From: Hypanus sabinus
Lineage: Eukaryota
DNA: 64,000 nucleotides
Direction: 5' to 3'
Assembly (NCBI RefSeq): GCF_030144855.1
Contig: NC_082714.1
Span: 18,104,001 to 18,168,000 of the forward strand
Position numbers and translations under genes: made by a program. This document shows positions 22,181-36,292 of this stretch, piece by piece (the first letter of the stretch is position 1; every line of letters starts with the position of its first letter). Under the pieces are notes generated by a model. It saw only the letters and a list, made by a program, of their open reading frames with translations. It was not told where the DNA came from and made no database searches.

Positions 22181-23444
22181 GTACTACTCTTAATTATTTG
22201 TCACTTTCCAAGTGAGGAATAACAAATCTTCCCCCCCCCCCCATTTAAATTTAAACACTGTTTCTCTTCAAGAAATTGTAGCACACGCCGTGGATTCGGT
22301 GGCCTGTTCACACTTACCTATGCCTACCTTTTCTCCCAGATGAAGGCACCTATAATAGTGATTGATCTTCAAGTGCTCTTGCAGATGTGATTAAAATATG
22401 ATGACCCTTCCAGGCAAAATATTCCAGATCCCAGTACTAGTTGGGATTTCTGATACTCACGTAGTTCTCTTATACTGATTGTGAATCAATATCCCTTAGT
22501 TATTGACTATATATCTATGGTATTATTTACCTGTGACCTCTTATAATACAAAACAGCTTGATTATAATATATACTGTAAATAAAATCCAACTTAGTTTTT
22601 ATTTCAACTTGGTAACGTATTCATCTAAACTAATTACCCTCCCCCCCTTATCTTTATAATGTGATAATCAAAACTACACAGTAATTAAGCTCCAGGAAAG
22701 AATTGATTTAGACTGTCCCAGTATGATTTATTTCTGAATCCCTTTTGATAGAGCCTCCTGTTTGTTACCTTTAGCCACATTCCTTATCAAACTGTCCTGC
22801 TGTCTGCCTACATTTCCATCTATAGAATCCATTCCTCAAATACTTATCAAACTACTTGCCATGTATTCCTTCAATTTGTTCTTGCCAAATTCAGTGTCTC
22901 AGCTCTTGAGCTGAATTCCATTTGCCTGTTTCCCACTCACCTGACCAGTCTATAATTTTTTATTTACTTCCTCCTTGTCAACAGCACTCAGTGAATGAGC
23001 AAGTATGAAAGGAATTGCCTCTCCCACTTTGCTTAACACTGATGAAAGTTTATTACAAGAATGCTTTGTGTAATTAACACATCCATTTACATTCTGACAA
23101 TCACCTAGAAAAAATAACTAGAAGAATAGAATTTTGAGACAAGTTAAATAGTTTTTTGACCAAGTTTGTATTTGAGATTATAGTGATCAAATTGGAATCT
23201 TGTGTGCAAAATATGTATGTAGCCATTCTCCTGTTGCCGTCTTTTTAAGTATCTTTAAGAAAATGATGGTTTTCATGTTCTGATCCCACACTTAAAGGAG
23301 ATCTTGAACCTCTGGACACTTTGAACACAGCTAAGAATTTAACTATTCCTAAATTTTAAGTCTTAAGTACCATTAGAATGTATTCAGTGTAAAATTTAAA
23401 TAACTTGGGTTTGTTAATGTTTATAAATCATGGAAATTAGATAG

Positions 23445-23728
23445 TTTGTCACTACAGTAGAGTGATGGTTAGCGCAACACTATTACAGCTCAGGGTGTTT
23501 TGGAGTTCAATTCCGTCACTGTAAGGAGTTTATAAGTTCTCCCTGTGAACTGTGTAGGTTTCCTCAGGATGTTCAGGTTTCCTCCTCAATCCAAAGATGT
23601 ACTGGCTACTAGATTAATTGGATATTGCAAATTGTCCTTTGATTAGGCTAGTTTTAAATAGGCGGGTTGGTGGGTGATGCAGCTCATTGGTCCAGAAGGG
23701 GCTGTTCCACACTGTAACGCAAATAAAT
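23445..23728 (+). mobile_element. tRNA-derived V-SINE-like element
   Basis: Box A/B-like tggttagc and gttcaattcc; central ggtttcctc...tccaaag domain. Confidence 0.6.
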
Positions 23729-23769
23729 GCTGCTGCTGCTTTTCTGAAAACGTTTGCAATGTTTTGTAG

Positions 23770-23895
23770 GTGTACTCCATCACAAAGGTGCCAAGAGTCA
23801 CTTCTCAACAAGATTCGGTCAGGGCTCTATCATAGGTGTTCATCTGGATACGTGGCATGGTGTCTTGACATTCTTCAAAAACAGGAAATGCATAG
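23770..23895 (+). CDS. SPSB3: SPSB3 coding exon 5
   Basis: ag|(G)[41 protein letters not shown]|gtatga. Confidence 0.97.
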
Positions 23896-24654
23896 GTATG
23901 ATCTAGTGTTATAGATTAAATTTTACATTGCTTGCTTCATCAAAAATTTAAGGTTATTTTCTGATACCTTGATGCTGAGCCACAAACTGGCTATTTCAAA
24001 ATCACCAGTTTTGGTTATAAATCAGACTTATTAATATCTTTAATAAGACATTTGGCATTTATGGGGTTTAAATTTTTAAACTGTGATCACCAAAGGTAAC
24101 AGGAGTGAGTAGGGATTTTAGTTTTTCTATATTATACAAACCAAGTGATGTGGATATCTCCAATGATCTGGAGTTCATCTGTAAAGTTACGTTCATCTTG
24201 GAACTTTTTTTTACATTGCCAATAGCCTGAAAACTACCAGCTGAAGAGCTTTGAAAGTTGAGCCTCAAAATACCATCTAAGATGCTTCCAAAATTGCAGC
24301 TTGGCTTATTTTCATGAAGTTCAGTTTTCTGAATGTACACATTATGCAAAGAACAATAAGGTTTTAGACTCTAGGAATAAATGTTTGGCTTTGCTTTAAG
24401 TTGTGTTTCTTAAAAGCTTTGAGAAATTGTTTCAAGAAATGTACAATTTCTCTGTATTCTGAAAATCTTTAGATGTGTAAATTCAAAAGTCCATATTACA
24501 TGCCTTGCTGGCCAGAAGTTGATAGTTTATGGAGACTATAAAATTTTTAATTGTCTGCCTTTTAACTTAAGACTTGGCAGGTAGCTGATTTGTTTAAAAT
24601 CTAATAATGAAGTTGTGCATAGCTGGCATTAATAGTTGTTTTTCCTTTATAAAG

Positions 24655-25004
24655 GAGTTGCAGCTACCAAACTGCAAAACAAGAAGTTTTTTCCTATGGT
24701 GTGTTCCACTGCAGCAAGAAGCAGTATGAAAGTGATTCGCTCGTGTTTCTCTCCAACCTCTCTCCAGTATCTTTGCTGTCTGCGGCTTCAGCAATTATTG
24801 CCTGATCACACCAACAAATTGGAGGTTCTTCCACTGCCCCCGGGTCTGAAGCGTGTGCTACGCAATCGATTGGGTTGGGTCCTCACTATGAGTCAAGAAG
24901 GTAGCAGCAGCGAGGCTGCTTGCAGCTCATCAGGCAGTGATTCTGACAGTTCCTCCACAATAGATTCTGAAACTTGTCAACGGAAAAGATGTCGATGGAC
25001 TTAA
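24655..25004 (+). CDS. SPSB3: SPSB3 final coding exon (end of SPRY, SOCS box, stop)
   Basis: ag|(G)[26 protein letters not shown]...SLQYLCC...LPLPPGLK...CQRKRCRWT*. Confidence 0.97.
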
Positions 25005-28000
25005 CACCTCTGGTTTGATTTCCATTTAAATCATGACTTTTGCATCTAATGGCCGTTAAAACATTTATTTAGTATGGACATGGAGCATTACTGCTATACA
25101 ATGAGATGAGTGCAAGATGACTGATGCTCTGTTCATTTTGAGTGGTTCCTGCTCTGTGCAGCAATCTTACAGGAACTGTTATCTGTCAGCACAGATTGGC
25201 AGAAGTGCAAATAGGGGTTTAAGATGATGTCATTCTCAATAAAGTTACCTGTGTTCTAAGGGTGTTTTCCTCAGTCTACACAGTTTTTGTAGGTTATTTA
25301 GCACTTTCACTTAATATATTAAATAATCAGCTTGTCTAAAATGTTTATAGCATGCATATCTTATTTCTCAAGAAAACTTCAGTAAACTCTACCTCTGGTT
25401 GAGTCTTTCTGGTTAAGCCAGGGAAATCACTCGAGTTTTTCCTGAGCTTTAGTTCTTAGTTGGGATAAAGCTAAGTCTGATCAATCAGTGTTGAGTTGGA
25501 GGGGGAATAATGTTCTGATTCCTATTCCCAATAACTGTGTGCTACTGGAGACATGCAAGTGAACATCTGATGAGGATTGAATTAATTTTTGTCAGAAAAT
25601 TTTGACAACTGCAGTTTTGGCTTGCACTTGCATTTTACTGAGGTAATTATTAAAACCTTCTGAAATTAACTTATTTCAGGAGAGGGAAGAATCAGGTGGA
25701 AGAGTAGATGCTGTTGTAAAATTTATGTTGTGTGACTGAAGAAAATATTTGTCAATCTCAACTTTAAATTTGATGTAAGCCTAATTTCTGTGCTGTAAAA
25801 ACATTTAAATATTTCATTTGCTGGTACACTGCAAAAGAAGTGTCTACTATCCGAGCAATCTAAAATGAATTGAGTAAACAGCATATTAATGATTTTCATT
25901 GGATATTTAACAGTTGTAATCGCCAAACGAATTTCCTATTGCAGGCAATGGAGCACATTTGCAAAACTGCTTGAAATCTCATTTTGTTCAATTTGTATAT
26001 GGAATGCTTATCAACTGTATGATGTTTGATAATGGAAATTGGTTACTATTGTTACTATAATTAAGTAATTATTGTCAACCTCCAGCTCAAAGGATAGTTG
26101 GTCTCACATTCTGAAGTATTGCTTTGAATCGGTCACATTTAGCTTCAGTGGGTTATTCCCTAAATTGGTTCCAAGAATTGTACTTTGCCTAGTATGGAAG
26201 TAAGTACACCTATTTCAAAATTGGCCCTATTTATGCCAAATGAAATGAGACCATTAGTACATAGTGGAATGTAAAGAGATGTGATTTGTTTCCTGTTTTT
26301 ATTCCAATAGTGCTTTCTGTGTATACTAAGAATGACAGTATACAATATTTCCCAACTATTGACCATCCATTCTTTCCTAGAAGATAGTTTGAGTGGAAAT
26401 TGCTTATGTTTTGTAATGATGGAATCTACCAGTAAGGTTTTGATTTGTGTGAATGTCTGGAAACATAATGTGCAATGCTAATTCTAATGTTTAGCACTTC
26501 AAATAGAATATTTGAGTGTAACTTGAATTCTGGTTTTGGCGTTCTGGATCTGTTGTAAAGTTTAAATGCAATTTTGGGCCTTCTGTTGTAATGTAGTCAC
26601 CTGTATCCTTTTTGCCCCTCTTGGATTTGTACTTTGAAAATCTTAAAAGTTGTAAAAAGAAACAGCAACTTGACAAATATTAAGTGCTACAAAAATGGAA
26701 AAGATGTCTGGGTGCAAAAAGAAAATCCAAAGGTTAGGAATTGAGGTTTTTTTTAAAAAAAAGTGTAACTTCATTCCTTAGAGCTGTGCCACATTTGTTC
26801 AGAAAGAAATTGAAAATATCTTCTATATTCAGCTTTATAATCGCCCTATGCCTCCTACAGGTTAGCAAACATATTGTCTTTGCTTTAGAGTAAGAGTCTG
26901 ATGTTTAAAATTGAGATCTTAAAAGAAACAAATACTGCAGAATTTCTATCAAATTTCAGGCCATAAAAGCTGTGAAATTCTCCTTGTGTAGAAGCATGCA
27001 AATATGGCATTGTGCCAATTCAAACTTTGTTTTTTTATTTGATCCCTTTATAATTCAATTGATGCAACACATTGCACATCACAAGTTACTATTTATTTGA
27101 TCACATCTATTAATACAAAGATATTACATTCTGTCAAACTCACAAATCTAGTCTCACTTTTTCAGGGTTACAATAAACAATCTACGAACTTGGCACTCAG
27201 TACAGAGAAAAAACATTTTGTGCTCTCGGGTTTTAGGTGTAGCATTCTGTGTGAGGCCTTAGACTCTTATTTGTGCTCTTCAAGCTTGTTTGTAATGTTT
27301 TTATCATTTCTGTTTGCAAATACTGTTGTTTGACATTCAATTTTTCCTTGTGCTTAATCTAAAAACTAGTACTTTAACTTGCAGTCTGGTGTGTAATACT
27401 ATATCACAGCTGAATATTTAATGTGAAGTCTTAATCAAAATTAGAATAGCAATGCTATATTTTTTCCAAGCCTGAAAGAAAATATATTTTATTCTCCTGG
27501 ATTTATTAGTTAACAATCATCATTGAACTTCCATTAACTGTTCCTGGTGTTAATATCAAGCCAAATATTTTAAGCATAAGATTTCTACAATTTCTATAAT
27601 CCCATTTTTCAATAGGGATAGTTCTTGTCCATCTCTTTCTAACTAGAGTACATTATGCCATAACTATTCTAAACAGGATTGCATCAACTCATAACACATA
27701 CACGATTGTTATCCATACAAATACTACTAATTAAGTGCTAAGTAACCATACATTTCGTAATAGTATCACACAGTATTGCAAGTATGTCAATAAATGTTTA
27801 TGTATTATAAACACCAGTCAAAATTTCCTATAATCTTGACAAATCGTATTTTATGTGCCACATCTTGCTGTATGGTAGGTATGTGATAATTCTACCATTA
27901 GACAATTAATGTATATTTTGAATGTTGTTTAAGTAACTCCATTACTTATTGAATGGAGATACAGAATTCCAGAGGCTGTCGGCCACATTAAAGAAATTTA

Positions 28001-31000
28001 GGAAACTTGAACATTACACTCCCCTTAATGGAAAAAATCTGGTGCTTTTCTTAATATACAAGAGAAAAGGTTTTCTCATCGTTTTTGTTTTCTTTAATCA
28101 TCCACTACTTATTGTAAAAATTGCTCCAAACATTTTCTTTGCAGATAGAATTCAGAGAAGTTTATTAGCTCATTAACCTGCCCTTTTGTCTGTCTTTTAC
28201 ACTCAAGTTCCTATTTTAGATCACATTGAAATGGCTTCCTCACTTAAATGTTATCAATAACTTTGTTATTACTGATTTGGAAACCTAGGGTTCATAAATC
28301 AAAACAGGAATTGAAGCTGGTTACTTGACCTGTATCTGACTACTGATTAATTTTCAATTTGTGCTCAGTTATTAACATAAAACATAATTTGAGTTCAGAC
28401 TGATGATGGCAATGTTTCATTTGGGACAGGTTTAATTTTATACCTGACCAGATCTGAACTAAAACAATTTTAAGGTTAATCTTATTCTTTGCTTCCTTAA
28501 TTTCTGTAAGCTAATTTCTTAGTTAGCACCTTCACATGGTTCATTTTTCTCTTGTAGCATTGCCTAAATATAAACCTTGTCCTAATCAAGTCACAAACTT
28601 TGGCACTCCAGAGTAGGTGGACCAGTTTTAAAACCAAAGCTTGTTTGCTCATGTAATGTGGACAAGCTTTAAGCAGCTCCCAATCAAAACAGGTCATTCC
28701 TACTGGAATCTGAATTGCTTCTGACTTCTTGAAATGAAAGAGACTAACATCATTGATTGTCACGGTAACTTGAATTTCATCCCTATAAATAATTCCCAGG
28801 GCTATTCACTTCCATCGTATTTAATCCTGCTTTTTTCTTTTCAAATTCTTTTTTCAAGTTCATCTTAAATACTTGTTCATAGAAATTTAATGGAGTTTCC
28901 TCCAATATTTCTTACTAATGTGCTTACAACAGTTTTCCAGCAAAACTTAATCTTGCCTTTAGGGTAAAATGTAGTTAACGCCAATCTTTTGATTGGGTCC
29001 CTTTTTTAATTCATAGTTGTGATTTTAATTGTTTAATTTACATTGGTTTGTAAATTTGGCAGCAATGAAGGACATGGCAGTATTTAGGAGTGTAAACCTA
29101 ACTTCAGTTTTGAACAGTTATTTTATCCACTTCCTGTATTAATGAGGCCTCAACTCCAGTGGTGGTGATCCTGCAGTGGAAAGCAGTTAAAAGTTTAAAG
29201 TAGTTAAAAGTCCCTAATTGGAGCAGAGAACTGGGAGCTGAGGTATCAGCAGTTTACTATTCTCGTGCTAGGTAGTGACCAAATGGAAGGGATTACACAA
29301 ACTATTTAAATACCAAACCAATATACTAGTATTTTAGTATGTATGCACTTGTATTTTAAGCAGCCTATCACCCTTACTTTTTCATAAACCATTATTTTGA
29401 ATTGAAAATCTCAATGCTCAATGACATTTAAAATTGAATTACCTAGATAAAGCTCATGTGGCCAGTTACTCGCTTCCTCTAGTCTAGCATTTCATGCTAT
29501 CTAAAGTCTGAAATTTTGGAACATTGCACTATTTCATTGGTGAAGTAGATTTTCATATGGTCTAAACAATTGGTCTTCATCATTAAAACTCAAATTATCG
29601 CATAAATTTTGTTCAATTTATTTGTGGATTTGCTACAAGTGCCAAGCTTTTAAAACAGGGTCTTGCAGTTTCCATGCAAGATTAAGTGCCTTTTTCTTAA
29701 ACTGAAAAGTATTTTCCCTGTACGACATGTCAAAGCTGATGTGGGTATGACCCAATACAGTTGATGGCTTATTGGCTTTTCCACTGATTATTTGCTGTGC
29801 CAGATGGTAACACAGTAAATTCTGAGAGATTTATAACTTACAACAAACTCAATGAAGACGCTACCCAATGATTCTGAATTCTTTGGGAAGCATAGGTCCC
29901 ATCAGTTGATAATATGCCACTGATTTGCTTCGATTTAGTAAGAAGGTGAACCTGGCCATGTCTCCTCTTTGAGCTACTGAGTGGTTACCTTGAGCTGCTG
30001 CAATTCTGGTGATGGTGCTTCTACAGCACCATAGGGAATAGGTTCTAGATTTAGATCTGGCATCAGTAAAGGAGGTGATATTTCCACTTCAGGATCTTTA
30101 AGGACTTTTTCATGCAACTGCAACCACTCGTCTGTCTTAGTGGTACGGGTTTTGCATTTGGGAGCAGTTTAGTTGAGTGTTTAGAGTGAATTTTAAAGTT
30201 GGAAGCAATAAGTATTCAAGGAGGTGGAATAGACATCCAATCAAGTAGATTGCTTCATTCTACATCGTGTATCAGTGTTGCTGTTGCACCCTTCCAGATA
30301 GGTGGAGAGAATTCTATCACACTCCTGACTTGTGCTCTGAGGTCTCAGAAGGTGATTTGCTTGCTGCAAATGCCCAGCCTTTTGAAGCCATAGTACTTAC
30401 ACCCACATTATTTTTACTTTTAATTGTTCTAACTCTTTATAACCAGCTTCTGACCTCTTGCAGCCAATGCATACACATTCAGCTGGCCCAATTGATCTTC
30501 TGTTCTATAGTGCCACCCACCATGTTAAATATTTGGAAACTTGATGGTGTTGAAAGTAAAGCGTAAGTGAGTAGGTGCCTGGAATTATTGCCTAATGTGA
30601 ATGGTACTTGTCATTTATCATCCCATGCCTGAATGTTGCACCATTTGCAATCTAGAACTGTCATTTACTGTTGAGTGGCAAATGGAATTGAACAGGGTGG
30701 AATCCCCACTTGATAGAAAAACTGCAGTTGATGAGCCTTTGGTGGTTGGGCCTATGACGCTGCTCTGTGGAATCTCTGCAGCGATCCTGTGGCTGGAAAA
30801 ATGGTCTTCAACAATGGGCACCCTCCTTCAAAGTGTATCAATTCTTTAACTTCCAGAAAATGATGTGCCTAAAGTCAGACTTGTGTGAATTCTCTCTCCA
30901 CTGCTCCCTATCTGCTGAAGACGTGTATCAGTCAACAGGGTTTGTGTTAATCTATGTAACTATGTTTAGATTTTAATTTAATTGGCAACCCCTTTCCATA

Positions 31001-31330
31001 AATGTTCTTGTTGGACCCACATGTCAATGTTGTGAAAACATTATTCTAGAATTTTGACTTGCATTAACAGCTTTTGTTACCATCATACAATATTTCTGTG
31101 TGAGCAGCTACGTATTGTATATTGAATTAAAAACTGGTCTGTGACGCTTTCAATTTCTTGTAATGGATTAACAAACAGTAACTGTTTTAATAAAATCAGT
31201 TTAGAGCTCACAAATAAAGCTTCTATAACATACTGCTAATGCTAAACTGTTTTTAAATACAGACAACCCTGCTAATGTATTTTATATAAAAAGTTCATAA
31301 AATGCACCATTCTGTTTTCATCTGATCTAT

Positions 31331-31501
31331 TTAACCACTTTTATCCAAGACTATGTCAGAATTTTCTGAGGTCATGAAAATGTACAACCTGCGGGATATA
31401 TCTGGTCCAACACGTCGATCCACACGTTTTCCTCCAGCTTCCACTTTAACCTCTGATAACAGATTCTGCTTCTCCCATTCTGTAGTGCATTGTCTATAAG
31501 C
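31331..31501 (-). CDS. EME2: EME2 exon 8 (last); MUS81 partner subunit
   Basis: ag|AYRQC...DRRVGPDISRRLYIFMTSENSDIVLDKSG*, the EME C-terminal HhH-like motif. The eight exons join in frame to 1323 nt. Confidence 0.92.
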   Translation of the reverse strand, partial: AYRQCTTEWEKQNLLSEVKVEAGGKRVDRRVGPDISRRLYIFMTSENSDIVLDKSG

Positions 31502-34500
31502 CTTTAAATGCATAATGGTAAGGCACAACTGTGAATTTTATCTGTCAGGCAGTAAACATTTTACAGCACTATTAACATGTTGACATTGAAAATGATAGGC
31601 CACAGAAATACTAAATTTTTTTAGGATGAGGTATAAAAAGATTGCTATTCCATTGCACAGAGGGAAAGGATGCAAGAGGCAAGCAAATTGGAGTGAAGAG
31701 ATGTTAAACAACAGGACTGAAATAATGGATGACTGTTTATCCAGTGAAAACTGAATTTAAGGATAATGGAAATGGCTAAATGTGATGGAATGCTACAACA
31801 ATCAGCAACAATGCTTTCAGTTAAACAATGCTGCTTTATCTTTTACTGACACATCTGAAACTATATTTAATTGGTCCTGTTTAAAAAGGAAATGGTAAGA
31901 GCAGCAGCAGTCAAAGTATAAGACCATATGTATTAGAATCACCTGTCTAAACCAATTTTAGGACATTTTAATTATCGTGTGCACAAGCTAAATGTTCTTC
32001 CAAAGAGCTAAACAGCTGGAGTTACTGCAAATACAACGAGGACTAAAATGTAATGAGTGGAAAAATTAGGATCTAAATTAAAAGTTAAGAATAAAAACTA
32101 ATAGCAAAAGGAAACCCCTGCATTCACAGAACATGGAAGCTGCTTGTAGACAGCAGTAGGAATTGAACCTGTTCACTGGTATTGTAAAACGTTGTGTTAT
32201 AATGGCCAAATATAAACACGATAATTCTGGGGGGATTTGCAACCTTTGAGTGGGAGAAAAACAGCAGTCCCTGAATGCATGCTAGGAGAATTTGAAGAGG
32301 AAATCTCCAATCTTTAAATGTGTTCTAGAGAAATGTTGGGAGGCCAATTTAACATTGATCACTTTAAATGAGAAGCAGCAAGTTTCTTGGATACAGAGTT
32401 TGGGATAAATTAAGATAAAGAAAATCTCACATTGCAAATTTGTTCAAAATAAAACCATGTATGGTAATGTAATTTTTTTTAAGTTTTGATGATGATGTGG
32501 TGTGGAAAACATGTAAAGTATTTAGAGATGGTGTTGTAGAGGCTGAACTTCTGTGTTTAAAATCAAGGTGAACGCTTAATAGTGCAGTAGAATGGATAGT
32601 TTGTTAAAAGTTGGGGTTGGTACTGGTACTAAATGTTTTCCAGGGCACAGTAATGCATGTACTATTGTCTTGGGTGTTTGCAATAGAAAGGTTGTTTATA
32701 TTGTAAATGTTCAGAATTCTTTGGGAGAACCATATCAAATTGCAACAAGAGCAAGAGGGAATAATTTTTCATGAATCTGCTCAGTCTTAATGAGGATTCT
32801 GCAGCAAGAGAAAACAATCTCCCCGATTATATGAAGCATTCAATCAGGAAATTATCAAATAAATTAATCATTAATCTTGGGTTGCTCTAGAAAGAATCAG
32901 TGCAAACCTTATGCTTCACATCCACTTTGTAAACTTGTTCTATAAAACTATTTCCAACCATTTTAAATCTACAAAGCAAATAGAATCAAAAAGTAGTAAA
33001 TGAGTTCCAAATGAGCAAGGGTAGTGTTTAGGCAACTTTTTTCAATTATAAGTTTAAAATGAATAAAAGAACAGAAAGGTGATTATTCTGAAACATTTAA
33101 CTGTTTCTGTCCATTTTTTTTAAAGTAACAGTCACATTAAGTTGGTTAGATCAGTTTTGAAAAGGATTTGGATAGGAATAAGTCTGAACAAAGTAAAATT
33201 ACCTAACTCTTTATAAATGGAAGATAGAAGCTGACTCAATGCATGCAAATCACTGATGTTGAAGAAATGAAAGAGGGAACCGCCATCAGTTGGGTATTGC
33301 TCAAGTGCATCAGCATAAAAATAAAGTGCAAAATTAGGATATTTTGTTAATGCAGTAAATTGTTATAAACAGTACCCCTCAAGAAGATTTAAAAGGGAAT
33401 TTTGCTCAAACTTAGATAAGGTCAATAGGTTATGTGGCAATGAAGTTCAATATTCTTCCACATGTCACTGCAGTAAAGTGACTCTTTTATTAATGCCTTT
33501 TCTGCTTACGTTACATCTCATGCATTGACATTAAAAATAGCCATCAAACTGCTTGTAAAACTGAATAACTAATTTCATTTACATAATTATTACAAAACAT
33601 CCTAAAACATTTGACAATAGCATTATAAAATATAAAAGTGAGCTACTTAAGGAAATATTTTTTGGAGATGTTCACACAGTAAAACTGTCAGGAGAAAGTG
33701 AGAAGATAGAAGAGAATGCCAGATCATAAGGCTAAGGCAGCTGAAGACATGGCTATTGAGGAAGTGATTAAATTCTCAGCTGTTGGAATCTAGAGGTAAA
33801 GCAGCACTGACATCTGAGAGTTATGAGTTAGAGGAAAATTGAGTTACAGGAAGGTAATTGAAAATAAGTATGTGTTTTAAAACATTTCTCAAATGAAAGT
33901 TAATAAAGTCAATAGTCCATACTAGGGAAATTAGGCAAATGGTATTGGTGCGTGTTAGAATATGGGCAGCAAGAGATTTGGATGACCACAATTATTTTGA
34001 AGCATGTTTATTAGTAGTCTACAGTAGAACCTCGATTATCCCTCACAAAGGGAAATTTTCAGAGGAACATGTGAACATCTACGTGGAAAGATGCCAAGGC
34101 CTATCTGCTTCCTTTTCTATTGTCCTATTAGATATGTTGCAATAATCATTGAACTGTTAATAAATCCTGAAAAATAATTAACATTGAAATATATACAGGT
34201 ACCTCTATCCCTTGCTTGGTTTCTAGTTTATGATTCAAGCTCTTTTTTCTAATTAATCCAGTATCTGGTATGAATTTTTTGGGAAACTGCTTGCTTCTGA
34301 TCTCCTGCTTTATTTTTTTTAGCCTGAAGTTAAACACTAATGAAGCACAGAAAATCAAGTATGTGACTATCGACATCCAAATAACAACTACTTACCTACA
34401 GTAGTTGGAACAAGAACCCAGATGGTTAAGGAGCAGCCAGCTTTAAAAAAAAAATACATTTGCTCCATCTCTTGATGGTAACCTAATTCCGTGGTAACTT

Positions 34501-34660
34501 CTGTGGATAATAAAGACTATGGATAATCAAGGTTTCACTGTATATTAATAACTTGGCAAGATGAATAGAGGAAACTATTAAGATGGATGGACAGAGTGGA
34601 AACTATTAGCAGAGATGTGAATGAGAAAAATGGCAGATATTTATATATAGCTGCCATTAC

Positions 34661-34850
34661 CCGTACGAGCAGCTGTGGTGTAGGGTAGGCTTGTGCTATT
34701 GCCATTGCCACTGGTTGGGTGATCCTGTTGAGCTGCTGCAGCTGTTTTTTCCACAATTTCAGGAGGCCCTTTCCATCCTTGTCCACTTTCACACCAGTGG
34801 ACCACGTTCCATCAGGGCAGAAGGAGAAGGTCATTTTCTCAGTCTGCTTT
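34661..34850 (-). CDS. EME2: EME2 exon 7
   Basis: ag|KQTEKMTFSFCPDGTWSTGVKVDKDGKGL...QLNRITQPVAMAIAQAYPTPQLLVR|gtaatg. Confidence 0.93.
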
Positions 34851-35580
34851 CTAAACAAAATTATTTTCACAAGAATGTCTTGTCAAAAGTAGTTTTATTT
34901 TTGAAAATACATTCCTTTAACCATTGTATTAAGACACTTAAGTTCAGCTAATTTCAAATGCAGAGCAATATGGATAAACCTTAAACTATATTTCTTTTAA
35001 GTAATTTATTTGTAGGATTGAAAGAATCATCAGCCATTGGAACTGTGCAATAGGAAGTCAATAACTCAACCTGGTGAACACAAAGGTAAAACTCCAGCAT
35101 CTCTGATTAGATGTAGGAAAACTGAAACCACTGTTGTTGCATTGACATTTTTTTGGAGAAGTATTTTCAATAACTAAAGTATGTTGTAAAAATGAATAGG
35201 ATTTTTTTGAAGGATCACGAAAACAATGGTTTTGTGTGTAAAAATCTTGTGCACATTTTCTCTACAGTAATGTTATCAGACAAAAGATACCTCTAAAACA
35301 CGTGCTGTAGTTGTAAAGGCAGCTTAGAAAATGCATGAAAGCCAACTCCTTAGGACTGCCTCAATGCTCTGCTCTACTCACAGCCACCCAGACAATCTAC
35401 GCCTTACCAGAGAAACCATATAGCAGATTCAACATAAGAATCCTCAAAAACAAAAAATGAGCTCTAAAATAAAAACATTTGTTTTTAATTTGTACCCAAC
35501 GGATAAAAAAAAAACTCCTCCAAACTAGTTTTTAAACATTAGTTTCTTTGATGCATGGGTATTCACTGTGGCTTACTTAC

Positions 35581-35696
35581 TTGAAAGGAGATCGGGCTAT
35601 AGCCTTTGTAAGTGTTGCAACATGATCGGCAAATTGTTGCCAGTTCTCTAAGAACCAAACTGTTGTGTGTGTTTGCAGTTGTAATGCCACCTGTAC
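35581..35696 (-). CDS. EME2: EME2 exon 6
   Basis: ag|VQVALQLQTHTTVWFLENWQQFADHVATLTKAIARSPF(K)|gtaagt. Confidence 0.92.
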
Positions 35697-36192
35697 CTGA
35701 ACACAAAACAGGAAAAAGGTGAGCTTGATCCAGAGTAAGACTGAGGAATCTTCTGCCACTTCTTATTCCTAAAGTAATATGCGCATAGGAATTCTATATG
35801 CTCTGCAAATTTAAGCACTAATATATATTCTTGCATCCTTGCTATTTCTATAGATTAAATAATTCTACTTTTTATTCAACAAAAGGCTTGGTCATCTAAT
35901 TGTAGATTAGTTAAGACAGAGAATGAAGACCATTCAACCCATAGGTCTGGCCTGCTTTTAGCAGAATGATCCCAACAGACCCATCCCCATAATCATTTGC
36001 CATGGATTTATCCAATACCATTTGTAGGGCATTGATTTTGCTCCCACACAGTCATGATTAGTGAAGTCCAGAACAGAACTACTAGGTGCATTGAAAAAAA
36101 AATTTCCTCATTTTCCCACTTGCGCCATTGGCACTGGATTCAGTCAGTTTGGAGAAATGAGAAACTAACTAATGTACAAAAACAACACAGAC

Positions 36193-36292
36193 CTCATCCA
36201 AATCTGCACAGGTCAACCCAAGCTCCTTGCTAACCCAAGACTCTGAATCTTCATCAGTGTTGTTTTCTGAATTCTGTTGCCTTTTCACTGGG
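36193..36292 (-). CDS. EME2: EME2 exon 5
   Basis: tttacag|(S)PVKRQQNSENNTDEDSESWVSKELGLTCADLDE|gtctgt; the phases (2 in, 0 out) fit both flanking exons. Confidence 0.78.

Noticed and set aside
23445-23530. tRNA gene
   Set aside because: Only degenerate A/B boxes as a SINE head; no cloverleaf.
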